Source of the DNA: an uncultured Candidatus Saccharibacteria bacterium
Lineage (GTDB): Bacteria > Patescibacteriota > Minisyncoccia > Phycocordibacterales > PALSA-1337
Length of the DNA: 64,000 nucleotides
Reading direction: 5' to 3'
NCBI GenBank assembly: GCA_964495685.1
Contig: CAZBVQ010000001.1
Coordinates: 169,521 to 233,520 of the forward strand
A model generated the notes under the pieces. That model was not told the DNA's origin. It ran no database searches and worked only from the letters and a program-made list of their open reading frames with translations. Position 1 is the stretch's first letter. Every line of letters starts with the position of its first letter. The translations under genes were made by a program, and so were the position numbers. This document shows, piece by piece, positions 7,496 through 16,404 of the stretch.

Positions 7496-9961
7496 TTATT
7501 CAAAATGCGCCTCTTTTCCGTACTGCTCAGCCGCTTTCTTGAGTAGGGGATATTTGTTGAGCATCGCATCTTCACTTATTAATCTGATCGCCTCTGTTCG
7601 TGCCGCTTCGACCATCTTCAAATTTTTGAGTGCCTCCATGGCGACGTCGGAGACGCCCCATTGTCGTAGACCAGAAAGTTCGCCGGCACCACGTTGTGCG
7701 AGATCGAGCTCGGCCAGCTCGAAGCCATTCTTGGCAGTTTGGAGCGCCTTGAGACGCTCCAGGGATTTGGCGGAATTGGTTTCGGTGAATGCGTAACAAT
7801 ACGCTTGGTGACTACTGCGCATGACACGGCCGCGGAGCTGGTGGAGTTGTGAGAGGCCAAATCGTTCTGCACCTTCGATAATAATGACAGTGGCATTGGG
7901 TACATTGACGCCGACTTCGACGACTGAGGTGGCGCAGAGAATATCTATTTTTCCATTCTTGAAATCATCCATGACAGCATCTTTGTCTTCAGGTTTCATT
8001 TTGCTGTGGAGAATACCGATTTCGTAGTGCGGAAATACTGAACGTTTGAGGCGTTTTGCTTCTTCTTTGACTGACTTGGCGATGACGGCTGCCTCTTTGT
8101 CGGGATCTGGCTCATCGATACGTGGACAGATGACATAAAGTTGTCGACCAGCTTCGAGTTCGTGGCGGATTTTGGTATAAGTTTCGTCACGCTTATCAGG
8201 TCTAACAAGTTCGGTAATTATTGGCTTACGACCAGCAGGGGATTGATCGATGAGAGTAAGGTCGAGGTCGCCGTACATTGTTAATGCTAATGTGCGCGGA
8301 ATGGGTGTGGCGGTCATTGAAAGGAGATGTGGAGCGATAGTATCTTTGCGCACCAATTTCCTGCGCTGTGCGATACCGAAACGATGTTGCTCATCGATGA
8401 TGGCGTAAGCAAGATTTTTAAACTTGACTGACTTTTGAATAAGGGCATGTGTGCCTATAAGAACTGAAATGGAGCCTTCTTCAACCCACTTGAGAAGTTG
8501 CGAACGAGAAATATCGGTCCAACCCTTGGGGTTTACCTTGGAAGGAAATTTATAACAGCCGGAACCGGTGATGAGGCCAATCTGTATGGGCATGTAGGAG
8601 AAATATTTCACGAATGACTCGAATTGTTGGGTGGCGAGGATTTCGGTGGGGCACATGTAGGCGACTTGGAGTGGGCCACGGCGAAGAGCGTTTGTTACAA
8701 CCGCGACCTCAGAAGGAATACGGCTCTTGCCGACGCGCGTCAGGGCCTGCTGGCCCTGCGCTATGCTCGCGCCGTCGCGCTCCGCAGTGTCGGCTCGAAC
8801 CGATTCCTTCTGAGGTCGTGACGTCATGACGGCGTATGCGGTGGCTGCGGCAACGGCGGTCTTGCCGGAGCCGACATCTCCTTCGAGGAGGCGTGACATG
8901 GCAGAGCCGCGCTTCATGTCGGTCATAATGGCGTCGATGGCATGCTGTTGGGCATCGGTGGCGACGAAGGGGAAGCGGCGCACGAATTCACGGACATGCT
9001 CGATGTCGGTCTCAATGGTGAAAGCGGGATGCTTCTCATATTCGCGGCGAGCTTGCTGACGCGCGAGCTGGATCATAAATATTTCTTGGAATGAAAAACG
9101 TTTGCGCGCGGCGAGGGCGTCGTCATTATTCATGGGTGTATGAATCCAGATGAGAGCGGTTTTGAGGGTTGGTAGATGATATTTTTCGAGAATGTCGGCA
9201 GGAATGGGGTCGGCGAGCTGGTCGAGGATGCCACTCTTGAATACTTTTTGCAGAGAATGATACATCCAGAGAGAGGTGATGCCGCGGGATTCGCTGTAGA
9301 CGGGATAGAGATTGTGAGATGCACCCGTGTCGCCGAAGAGGGAGTCGCCGACGCCGGTAGGGAGTTTATCGACGAGTTCGAGTTTGGGGTTGGAGAAGTA
9401 GAGTTTTCCGGTAGCATTAGGGACAAGAGTCTCCTCACCCACGATCGACTCGGCTCGCACAACAGAACCGCTCGCCGAGTCGTCTTTTCTCAGCGTCGCC
9501 TGTAGCGGTATGTCTGTTCCTTGATTCCGCGACGCTTCCGAAGAGGGTTCGGAAACTCTGTCCCCAATGCCACCGCTCGCCGATTTCTTCGGTCTTCGTT
9601 CGCTGACTTTGCCTTCGATGCGTACGAGGGCCCCTTCGGGGGTCATCTTGGCGATGTAGGGCTGGTTGAACCAGGTACACTGGATGCGACCAGTCTCGTC
9701 TTCGACGTAGGCAGTGGCCATGGTTATTTTGGTGCGGAATCCTTTGCTGGCTTTGAGGCTGGTGATTTTGCCGTAGATGACGGCAGTGTCACCTTTCTTG
9801 AGTGAGTCGATGGAGCGTGCCTCAGCAGTGTCGCCGTAGCGGACAGGGAAATGATAGAGCAAATCTTCGACGGTATGAACGCTGAGCTTCTTGAGCGCGG
9901 CCTTCTGGATGGGGGTGATGCGGAAGTATTCAGAGACGGGTATGTCGGGAGTGAGGGGCAT
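7496..9961 (-). CDS. recG: ATP-dependent DNA helicase RecG (ORF extends to 10012; likely start MPLTPDIP at ~9961)
   Basis: N-terminus L..L.GVG....KL..LGI.TV.DLL.H.P.RY-like, Walker A GDVGSGKTAVAA, DEQHRFG, MTATPIPRTLALT. An in-frame insert of about 39 aa is encoded by a palindromic element at 8704..8818. Confidence 0.9.
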   Translation of the reverse strand: MPLTPDIPVSEYFRITPIQKAALKKLSVHTVEDLLYHFPVRYGDTAEARSIDSLKKGDTAVIYGKITSLKASKGFRTKITMATAYVEDETGRIQCTWFNQPYIAKMTPEGALVRIEGKVSERRPKKSASGGIGDRVSEPSSEASRNQGTDIPLQATLRKDDSASGSVVRAESIVGEETLVPNATGKLYFSNPKLELVDKLPTGVGDSLFGDTGASHNLYPVYSESRGITSLWMYHSLQKVFKSGILDQLADPIPADILEKYHLPTLKTALIWIHTPMNNDDALAARKRFSFQEIFMIQLARQQARREYEKHPAFTIETDIEHVREFVRRFPFVATDAQQHAIDAIMTDMKRGSAMSRLLEGDVGSGKTAVAAATAYAVMTSRPQKESVRADTAERDGASIAQGQQALTRVGKSRIPSEVAVVTNALRRGPLQVAYMCPTEILATQQFESFVKYFSYMPIQIGLITGSGCYKFPSKVNPKGWTDISRSQLLKWVEEGSISVLIGTHALIQKSVKFKNLAYAIIDEQHRFGIAQRRKLVRKDTIAPHLLSMTATPIPRTLALTMYGDLDLTLIDQSPAGRKPIITELVRPDKRDETYTKIRHELEAGRQLYVICPRIDEPDPDKEAAVIAKSVKEEAKRLKRSVFPHYEIGILHSKMKPEDKDAVMDDFKNGKIDILCATSVVEVGVNVPNATVIIIEGAERFGLSQLHQLRGRVMRSSHQAYCYAFTETNSAKSLERLKALQTAKNGFELAELDLAQRGAGELSGLRQWGVSDVAMEALKNLKMVEAARTEAIRLISEDAMLNKYPLLKKAAEQYGKEAHFE
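8704..8818. repeat. Intragenic GC-rich palindromic element (family A) with 16 nt terminal inverted repeats CGACCTCAGAAGGAAT, in frame within recG
   Basis: The perfect TIRs bracket a core CGAGCATAGCGCAGGGCCAGCAGGCCCTGACGCGCGTCGG that is shared with the element in comF. Local GC is much higher than the flanking sequence, and spurious ORFs appear on both strands (8614..8829, 8624..8821). Confidence 0.75.
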
Positions 9962-10075
9962 GGGGATAGTATATAGGGAAAAAGGGAGGGATGGAAAGAT
10001 TATGTAATACACAATTTCTCCACAAATTCAAAAGGCGCTTGCATTGATGCCCCGTGATATGATACAGGTATTCTC

Positions 10076-10603
10076 ATGACGATTCAGAATATTATTACAA
10101 CCATTGGTATTCCTGTTATTGTGGCCGCCCTTATCTATATAGGATGTAAGCTTCAGACGCTGGATAATGTCGAAAAGAAGATCGAGAGTATTTACGATCG
10201 TTTCCTTAAGGTCGAGGAACGAGTTGATACGCTCTGGAAAGATAAAGTGGCGCCAGCGCATTCACCTCGTCAATTGAACGAATTGGGTGTGACAATACGA
10301 GATCAAAGTGGCATTAAGGAAATTATTGACACAAAAAGGCAGACTCTTCTTGATGCTATTCGAGAACAGGATCCAAAAACTCCATATGATGCTGAGAGGG
10401 TTATATTATCGGTGGTTAATGATCTGTCCAAACATTGTCCTGAAGTGGTCGACCAACTCAAAGAGGGAGCCTTCAAAGTCGGGCAGAGTATCGATGTCAT
10501 TCTTCTTGTTGGCGGATTTTATCTAAGGGACCAGATTTTCCCCGAACTTGGTTTTTCTCTTACTGATCTTGATATTCCCAAGCCAGCTCAACCTAGTCAG
10601 TAA
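10076..10603 (+). CDS. Hypothetical membrane-anchored protein
   Basis: 175 aa with an N-terminal TM helix and no known motifs. Confidence 0.5.
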   Translation: MTIQNIITTIGIPVIVAALIYIGCKLQTLDNVEKKIESIYDRFLKVEERVDTLWKDKVAPAHSPRQLNELGVTIRDQSGIKEIIDTKRQTLLDAIREQDPKTPYDAERVILSVVNDLSKHCPEVVDQLKEGAFKVGQSIDVILLVGGFYLRDQIFPELGFSLTDLDIPKPAQPSQ

Positions 10604-11471
10604 TACGCAGTCTCTTCTTTTTCAATTCCAAGAAACCTTCTTGGAGTAATGCTTCAATGGCATCTTTGATGCGTAATGACGGTATCTTCGATTTTTGGAA
10701 ATGCGCAGAAATTTCCTCCTCCGTCCTACCTTTCTCCATAATCAGTTTTAATATCCTCGATCTCAATTCACGATTTGATCCCTTGAATGGCTTCTGCTTC
10801 ATATGATGCGCACTTCTGCGTGACGGGTTGGGAAGAGTCTTCTTGAGATATGAACCATAATCCATGAGGGCCCAGTACCATTCACGGGGATTTTTGTTGA
10901 TCCGAGGATCTTGTAGGGCCTTCTCGATGAATGGCATGAGCTGGTCGTCAGTTACTTTCTTGCAAGCTTTCTTACCCTCACGTTTCTCGATTTCAGGGAA
11001 GAAGAAATGAATGAACACCGAACGAATATTGGTCTCGATGAAGGCGATTGGCTTGTTGAATGCAAACGCAAGAATAGAGCCGGCAGTGTTGGGTCCGATA
11101 CCGGGGAGTGCACGCAGTTCGTCGTATGTTTTCGGGAGTAATGAATTGGTGGTAGTTTCTTTTCCAGGAATTTTCTTGGTCCCATTCAGGGAAATCGTCT
11201 CCGCAATACGTTTGAGATACAGTGCGCGTCTGTTGTAGCCGAGGCCCGACCATTCCTGCAAGACTTCTTTGGTCGAAGCTTTGGTAAGTGATTCCCAGTC
11301 GGGGAAGCGGGCGATGAACGAGGTGAACTTTGCAGTCACGCGATGTACCTGTGTCTGCTGAAGCATGATTTCGGAGACGACGATGTAGTAGGGCCGTGTA
11401 TCTCTACGCCACAGCATGTTGCGCTTGTGAGTGCGGTAGTAGGATCGGATGGTGGAGATGAATTTTTTCAT
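10593..11471 (-). CDS. HhH-GPD superfamily DNA glycosylase (MutY/Nth-like, no obvious Fe-S cysteine cluster)
   Basis: N-terminal YYIVVSEIMLQQTQVHRV and helix-hairpin-helix LPGIGPNTAGSILAFAF are typical of the EndoIII/MutY family. Confidence 0.75.
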   Translation of the reverse strand: MKKFISTIRSYYRTHKRNMLWRRDTRPYYIVVSEIMLQQTQVHRVTAKFTSFIARFPDWESLTKASTKEVLQEWSGLGYNRRALYLKRIAETISLNGTKKIPGKETTTNSLLPKTYDELRALPGIGPNTAGSILAFAFNKPIAFIETNIRSVFIHFFFPEIEKREGKKACKKVTDDQLMPFIEKALQDPRINKNPREWYWALMDYGSYLKKTLPNPSRRSAHHMKQKPFKGSNRELRSRILKLIMEKGRTEEEISAHFQKSKIPSLRIKDAIEALLQEGFLELKKKRLRITD

Positions 11472-11588
11472 TGAGGCATAATACCTGATGGATAGAAAAT
11501 ATGTTAATGAAAACTACTCCTTGGTAGGAGCAGTTTTCATCTCTGAGGTATCTTTTGAACATCGATCAGGGGAGAGGGCAGTGATGAA

Positions 11589-12074
11589 TTATTTACCAGA
11601 AATTGTGAAGTAATCCTTGCTACGGCCGACCAATTCTCTTCCACTTGAAGGATAAATTTCAATTTTGTACTTGTTGTTTGTTTCAGCGGGTGTGATTGTC
11701 CACTTATAGCTTCCGGTGGGGGATATATCCGAGGCAATGATCCTGGTAGAAACCTTATTGTTAGGTGCTGTTGATTGCAGGCTAATCGTGAGCGGGTCAT
11801 TGCCAGAATAGTTAGCCCAACGAATATCATATGTCTTGCCAACCTCTAGTTGTTCTCCGCCCACGGGATAAGTTATTTGAATGTGCCCTTCCTCTGGAAC
11901 GTAACTTGCGCCCTTACCAAGATTCGAATCTCCGACAGTAGTCGATTGGTCACTTGGGATTTGCGGGGATGAGTTAGAGTTAGTTGCTCGGTCTGCTGAT
12001 TTATTGGAAAAAATAAAGTAGCATCCAACGCCAAGGGCAATAATTACCACTATAATCCAAACTATTTTGCTCAT
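11589..12074 (-). CDS. Membrane-anchored extracellular protein, function unknown
   Basis: N-terminal TM helix followed by a Ser/Thr/Asn-rich beta-type domain. Confidence 0.5.
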   Translation of the reverse strand: MSKIVWIIVVIIALGVGCYFIFSNKSADRATNSNSSPQIPSDQSTTVGDSNLGKGASYVPEEGHIQITYPVGGEQLEVGKTYDIRWANYSGNDPLTISLQSTAPNNKVSTRIIASDISPTGSYKWTITPAETNNKYKIEIYPSSGRELVGRSKDYFTISGK

Positions 12075-12107
12075 AAAATCTATATAATTTATTTATAGAC
12101 GTTCTAG

Positions 12108-12506
12108 TTACATCTGAGGTGCAGTCGGAGCAGATGCTTTCTTGCGAATAGCCCATGCGCCAGGGCCAGAAACGATGAGGCCGAGAAGTGCGGCGAGGAC
12201 GGCCATCGGGACAGTGACCATCTGAGGTGCGTTGATGGCGACCAAGATGGTGGCAACGATCATGATAATAGCGAGGACTGATGAAGCGAGGCAGTTCCAG
12301 AGGCCGAGGACGACGAGGATGCCGCCGATGAATTCTGCGTATCCGACGATGTAGGCGAGGAATGCGGGGATGCCCATTGAGGCGAAGTAGCCGACGGTCG
12401 AAGTCATGTCAGCGATCTTCATCCAACCGGTGTAAATGAAGATACCACCGATGATGAGGCGGATAAGGAGTAATGCGAGGTTCTTGCTTGTAGGGGACAG
12501 TGACAT
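12108..12506 (-). CDS. DoxX family membrane protein
   Basis: LLLIRLIIGGIFIYTGWMKI and a 4-TM topology typical of DoxX. Confidence 0.75.
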   Translation of the reverse strand: MSLSPTSKNLALLLIRLIIGGIFIYTGWMKIADMTSTVGYFASMGIPAFLAYIVGYAEFIGGILVVLGLWNCLASSVLAIIMIVATILVAINAPQMVTVPMAVLAALLGLIVSGPGAWAIRKKASAPTAPQM

Positions 12507-12568
12507 GATGATGAATGATTAAACTACTAAGGAATAATGGGGAGATTGTAGCATATAAAAAGTATCTG

Positions 12569-12655
12569 CGGAGACGGTGGGATTCGAACCCACGAGGGAG
12601 TTTCCCCCCTAACACCTTAGCACGGTGCCGCTTTCGACCACTCAGCCACGTCTCC
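12569..12655 (-). tRNA. tRNA-Ser (GCU)
   Basis: Class II tRNA on the minus strand: GGAGACG acceptor, anticodon loop GTGCTAA (anticodon GCU), long variable arm, T-arm GTGGG-TTCGAAT-CCCAC. Confidence 0.85.
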
Positions 12656-12763
12656 AACGAATATAGGGCGATACCACGCCATTCTTGCACAAAAACGTCT
12701 ATGTATCAACGAAACCCTCGCAATTCCGCCGCATTTTGGCTATGATTCACTGTGCCCGAATCT

Positions 12764-12848
12764 GGAGAGATGGGTGAGTGGTTTAAACCAGCGGTTTACT
12801 AAACCGCCGACCTGCAAAGGTCCGCGAGTTCGAATCTCGCTCTCTCCG
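12764..12848 (+). tRNA. Class II (Ser-type, G73) tRNA with apparent anticodon ACU (unusual)
   Basis: GGAGAGA acceptor, D-arm, anticodon arm GCGGT-TTACTAA-ACCGC, 18 nt variable arm, T-arm GAG-TTCGAAT-CTC, discriminator G. The anticodon positions 34-36 read ACT. Confidence 0.6.
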
Positions 12849-12989
12849 CAGACGTTAGTTAGTCAATCGCTTAGAGAAAGGTGTCAAGTGGCACGAAACA
12901 AATTATATTTTGCATGGTATGATGACTACAAGTTCTGAGTAAGAAATGCTCTAAATTTAAAAACCTATTTTATCTAACATAAAACTAAT

Positions 12990-13934
12990 ATGAGGTTCAC
13001 AAAGATTATTGTGGCAGTTATCGTGGTCGTGGCTGTAGTTGGTTTTGTTGCTTGGGATACTAATTTGATACCGAAAGACTCTTTCCGTACATCAAATAAT
13101 GAAAATACCCCGATTACCACAGATGATACAAAGTCACCATCTTCCAATCAGAGTATTGAGTCTCGGCAAATGAGTTTCGAACAAGCTAAAAAGGTATCGA
13201 TAACAGCACCTTCAGGGAATGATATTCTTGAACCAGGCAAGCCGGCCGTGGTTGTTTTCTCACCAGTCCAGGGGGCCGTATCTTATGAGATAACAATTAC
13301 CATTCCTGCATATACAGATCGCTCACGTAATCTTGTAAGTGCAGACAAGGTCGATACGTTGTTTAAGGAAGTTACATCAGAAACAACTCACACAATAATT
13401 GTACCCAAGACAATTGCTTATCAAACATCGGAAAATGGCTATAACGGAGAAAAGATTATTGTCAGAGCCCTTGATCGTGATGGCAAACAATTGATGATAA
13501 ACGGAATCCAACAGGGAAAAGCATACGAGATCCCTGCAGTGGATGAAAAACAGATAAAGATCCTTTCTTTACCTACTCAGCAGAATCTTTTGGACGCAGA
13601 TACGTATGTTCTCGGAAAAGAAGGTGGAACGATTACGCTCAAATTTGGAGCATTACAACTCCCATCTGTCAAAAGGAAAGTTGTCTTCGTGTGCCCATCA
13701 GAAGTAAATTCAATAATTTCAATAGACGGAATTAGCTGTGGTGGCCCTCAAGCGACCCCCCTCGAGTTCGGTGCGGAGGCATTCACTAAGAAAATGATCG
13801 TGAAAGGAAATCCTTTTCCAGGGCGAGATACAGCAATCGCATTAATGGTCTCCTATTATGATAGTAAAGGGAATCGGATCAGTTCTCGGGGTATAGATGA
13901 TCAGTCTTGGTTGTCAGTAAAGATTTCTAAATAA
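12990..13934 (+). CDS. Hypothetical secreted/membrane-anchored protein
   Basis: 314 aa with an N-terminal TM/signal anchor and no known motifs. Confidence 0.5.
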   Translation: MRFTKIIVAVIVVVAVVGFVAWDTNLIPKDSFRTSNNENTPITTDDTKSPSSNQSIESRQMSFEQAKKVSITAPSGNDILEPGKPAVVVFSPVQGAVSYEITITIPAYTDRSRNLVSADKVDTLFKEVTSETTHTIIVPKTIAYQTSENGYNGEKIIVRALDRDGKQLMINGIQQGKAYEIPAVDEKQIKILSLPTQQNLLDADTYVLGKEGGTITLKFGALQLPSVKRKVVFVCPSEVNSIISIDGISCGGPQATPLEFGAEAFTKKMIVKGNPFPGRDTAIALMVSYYDSKGNRISSRGIDDQSWLSVKISK

Positions 13935-14005
13935 AGATTTTTATTTTCCCCAAAATAACGCTGCTATAGACGTTATAATTATTCGCTATCAACTAATCTA
14001 CACCC

Positions 14006-15163
14006 ATGAACCCCACAAGTGCCTTGCAGCAACAGTTTGCTCTTGATCCTAAGAAATTTTGGAAGAAAGTTATAGAAAAGCTCACGGCACTTTATATTCT
14101 GGGAGCCATGGTCGCCATTGTTTTGTTGGTGATTATCTGGCAGAGCGCTGGTTCATCTGCCGATCATGAAGTAAATACTGTTTTGTGGATTGTTCTTGTT
14201 CTCGGTCTCATAGTTCTTCTCGTTATCTCTGCTTTGTATAGTTGGTACGTCAAAACATACATCAAGCGTTATTACTATGCAGGAGAGGACAATTTCATCA
14301 CCATCAAAAAGGGTGTTTTTGCTCCGACGGAGATTCATGTTCAGTGGCAGAAAATCCAGGACGTGTATGTTGATCAGGACATTCTCGATCGTATCCTCGG
14401 TCTGTATGATGTGCATATTGCCAGTGCGACAGCGTCATCAGGTATTGAGGCGCACATAGACGGAGTCAACCAGCAGTCAGCCGAAGGCTTGAAGAAATTC
14501 CTTTTGGCCAAAATTTCCGGAACGGGTATGTCGTCAGCACAAAATTCTACTGTGACGCCAGGTGTTACGCAGACCCAAAGTGCACCTGCCCAGCCGGCCA
14601 CGATCAATTTTTCTGGAGATCTGTCGAGTGATGCGTATCCTCTGTCAGGGAAGTGGACTGTCGTCACACTGATTAGTCGATTGTTGAGTTCTATAAGCTA
14701 TCCGTTCATTATCATTCTTGTCATATTCGGTAAGTCCAAGAACCTTACTATTGAAGATGATTGGCAGTACTGGGTATTGATCTGGATTGGTCTCACTATT
14801 ATTACTATGATTGGCAGAACCATCGCGCTTTTCTTGTGGAAGAAAAATTACGCATTCAAATTTGGTCCTGAAAATATTTATTATAAGGAGGGAGTCATCA
14901 GTCTTTCCGAAAAGCATATGCCGTATTCGTCCATTCAAGATGTTACGGTCCGCCAGGGTGTTGTCGAACGATTCTTTGGTCTCGCCAAAGTCGTCATCGA
15001 AAATGCTGCACAGCAATCAGTCCCCGTTGGTCGTTATGGTCAGAAAATGGCAGTTTCCTCGGGGGTGGTTTTGCAGGGATTCTCTATTGCAGAAGCCAAC
15101 AAGATTGCTGACATGTTGAAGACCAGTGTGCTCGGCAAGAATTCAGGGAAGTATGGAATCTAG
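14006..15163 (+). CDS. Membrane protein with two bacterial PH (bPH_2 / YdbT-like) domains
   Basis: Two TM hairpins, each followed by a DUF304-like segment (FITIKKGVF..IHVQWQKIQDV..GLYDVHIA and YYKEGVISLSEKHMPYSSIQDVTVRQGVVERFFGLAKVVIE). Confidence 0.65.
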   Translation: MNPTSALQQQFALDPKKFWKKVIEKLTALYILGAMVAIVLLVIIWQSAGSSADHEVNTVLWIVLVLGLIVLLVISALYSWYVKTYIKRYYYAGEDNFITIKKGVFAPTEIHVQWQKIQDVYVDQDILDRILGLYDVHIASATASSGIEAHIDGVNQQSAEGLKKFLLAKISGTGMSSAQNSTVTPGVTQTQSAPAQPATINFSGDLSSDAYPLSGKWTVVTLISRLLSSISYPFIIILVIFGKSKNLTIEDDWQYWVLIWIGLTIITMIGRTIALFLWKKNYAFKFGPENIYYKEGVISLSEKHMPYSSIQDVTVRQGVVERFFGLAKVVIENAAQQSVPVGRYGQKMAVSSGVVLQGFSIAEANKIADMLKTSVLGKNSGKYGI

Positions 15164-15204
15164 GACGCATCTATTTTTCTTTTCCCCAAAATAACGCTAC
15201 TATA

Positions 15205-16404
15205 GTGTCAATGAAAACTATTACCGACAAAGCTCGTATCGAGGAGATGTTCGCTCGTGGCACACTCGTCGAAGCGTATCCTTCCAAGGACGAGCTCATG
15301 AAGAAGCTCCTCTCGGGAGAGCGCATCAAGATCTACTATGGTCTCGATCCGACACACACCGCTATTCACCTCGGTCATGCCAAGAACATGATTTTCCTCG
15401 AGGAGTTGCGTGAGCTCGGTCATGAAGTTGTCATTCTTTTTGGTGACTTCACGGCTACGATAGGGGACCCGTCAGACAAAGCGGCTACCAGGAAACAGCT
15501 CACCACCGACGAGGTCAAGAAGAATATGTCGACATGGCTTACACAGATCAAGCCCCTGGTCAATTTCACTGACAAAGATAATCCGGCTACAGTTGTCACC
15601 AATTCCACCTGGCTTTCAAAGCTCAATTTTGCTGACGTCTTGGATTTGGCCTCAAATTTCACGGTCCAGCAAATGCTTGAGCGCGACATGTTCCAGAAAC
15701 GCCTCAAAAATAATTCACCGATTCACGTCCACGAATTTATGTATCCGCTGATGCAAGGATATGACAGTGTTGCCATGGATGTTGATGCTGAACTCTGTGG
15801 CACCGATCAGACCTTCAATGCGCTCGCTGGTCGCACGCTGGTCAAACGTTACAAAAATAAAGACAAATTCGTTCTCGCTCTCAACCTTGTTGCCAATCCC
15901 AAAACGGGTGAGCTTATGTCCAAGTCAAATGGTACGGGCGTATTCATCGATCAGCCAGCCAACTCACTTTTTGGCGCACTGATGGCGTTGCCGGATCCGA
16001 TGATTGAGCCGTTGTTCGTCAATTGCACACGTATTCCGATGTCAGAAAAGGATGGGCTCATGGCCGCCGGGCCAAGATCAGCCAAGGCACGCGTGGCTTT
16101 CGATATTGTGAAGCGACTCCATGGTGAGAAAGCAGCGCAGGAAGCAGAAAAAGCATTCGAAGATACATTCGCCAAGGGTGGTGTGCCTGATGATGTGCAA
16201 GAAGTGAAGCTTGGTGGTGATTCTGTCGCCGAAGCACTAGTCAAGGCGGGCGTCATTCCTTCCAAGGCAGAGTGGCGACGACTCATTGATGGTGGTGGTA
16301 TCAAGACCGAAGATGATGAGAAGATTACCGATTCACATTTCAAGCCGACAAAAACAATGATTCTCAAAGTGGGGAAGAGGAGGTTTGTGAAGGTTGTTGT
16401 CTAA
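15205..16404 (+). CDS. tyrS: Tyrosine--tRNA ligase (ATG at 15211 likely start)
   Basis: HIGH motif (YYGLDPTHTAIHLGH) and KMSKS motif (GELMSKSNGTG). Confidence 0.95.
   Translation: MSMKTITDKARIEEMFARGTLVEAYPSKDELMKKLLSGERIKIYYGLDPTHTAIHLGHAKNMIFLEELRELGHEVVILFGDFTATIGDPSDKAATRKQLTTDEVKKNMSTWLTQIKPLVNFTDKDNPATVVTNSTWLSKLNFADVLDLASNFTVQQMLERDMFQKRLKNNSPIHVHEFMYPLMQGYDSVAMDVDAELCGTDQTFNALAGRTLVKRYKNKDKFVLALNLVANPKTGELMSKSNGTGVFIDQPANSLFGALMALPDPMIEPLFVNCTRIPMSEKDGLMAAGPRSAKARVAFDIVKRLHGEKAAQEAEKAFEDTFAKGGVPDDVQEVKLGGDSVAEALVKAGVIPSKAEWRRLIDGGGIKTEDDEKITDSHFKPTKTMILKVGKRRFVKVVV

Noticed and set aside
8614-8829. ORFs 8614..8829(+), 8624..8821(+) and the similar 16717..16920(-), 16769..16969(+), which share peptide RRASGPAGPALCS
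   Set aside because: They arise from the GC-rich palindromic elements inserted within recG and comF. Each is read on both strands and is embedded inside longer, well-supported genes, so none is an independent gene.
12409-12690. 93 aa minus ORF and 12515..12745 plus ORF
   Set aside because: They overlap the tRNA-Ser(GCU) gene and the intergenic region, with no coding signal.
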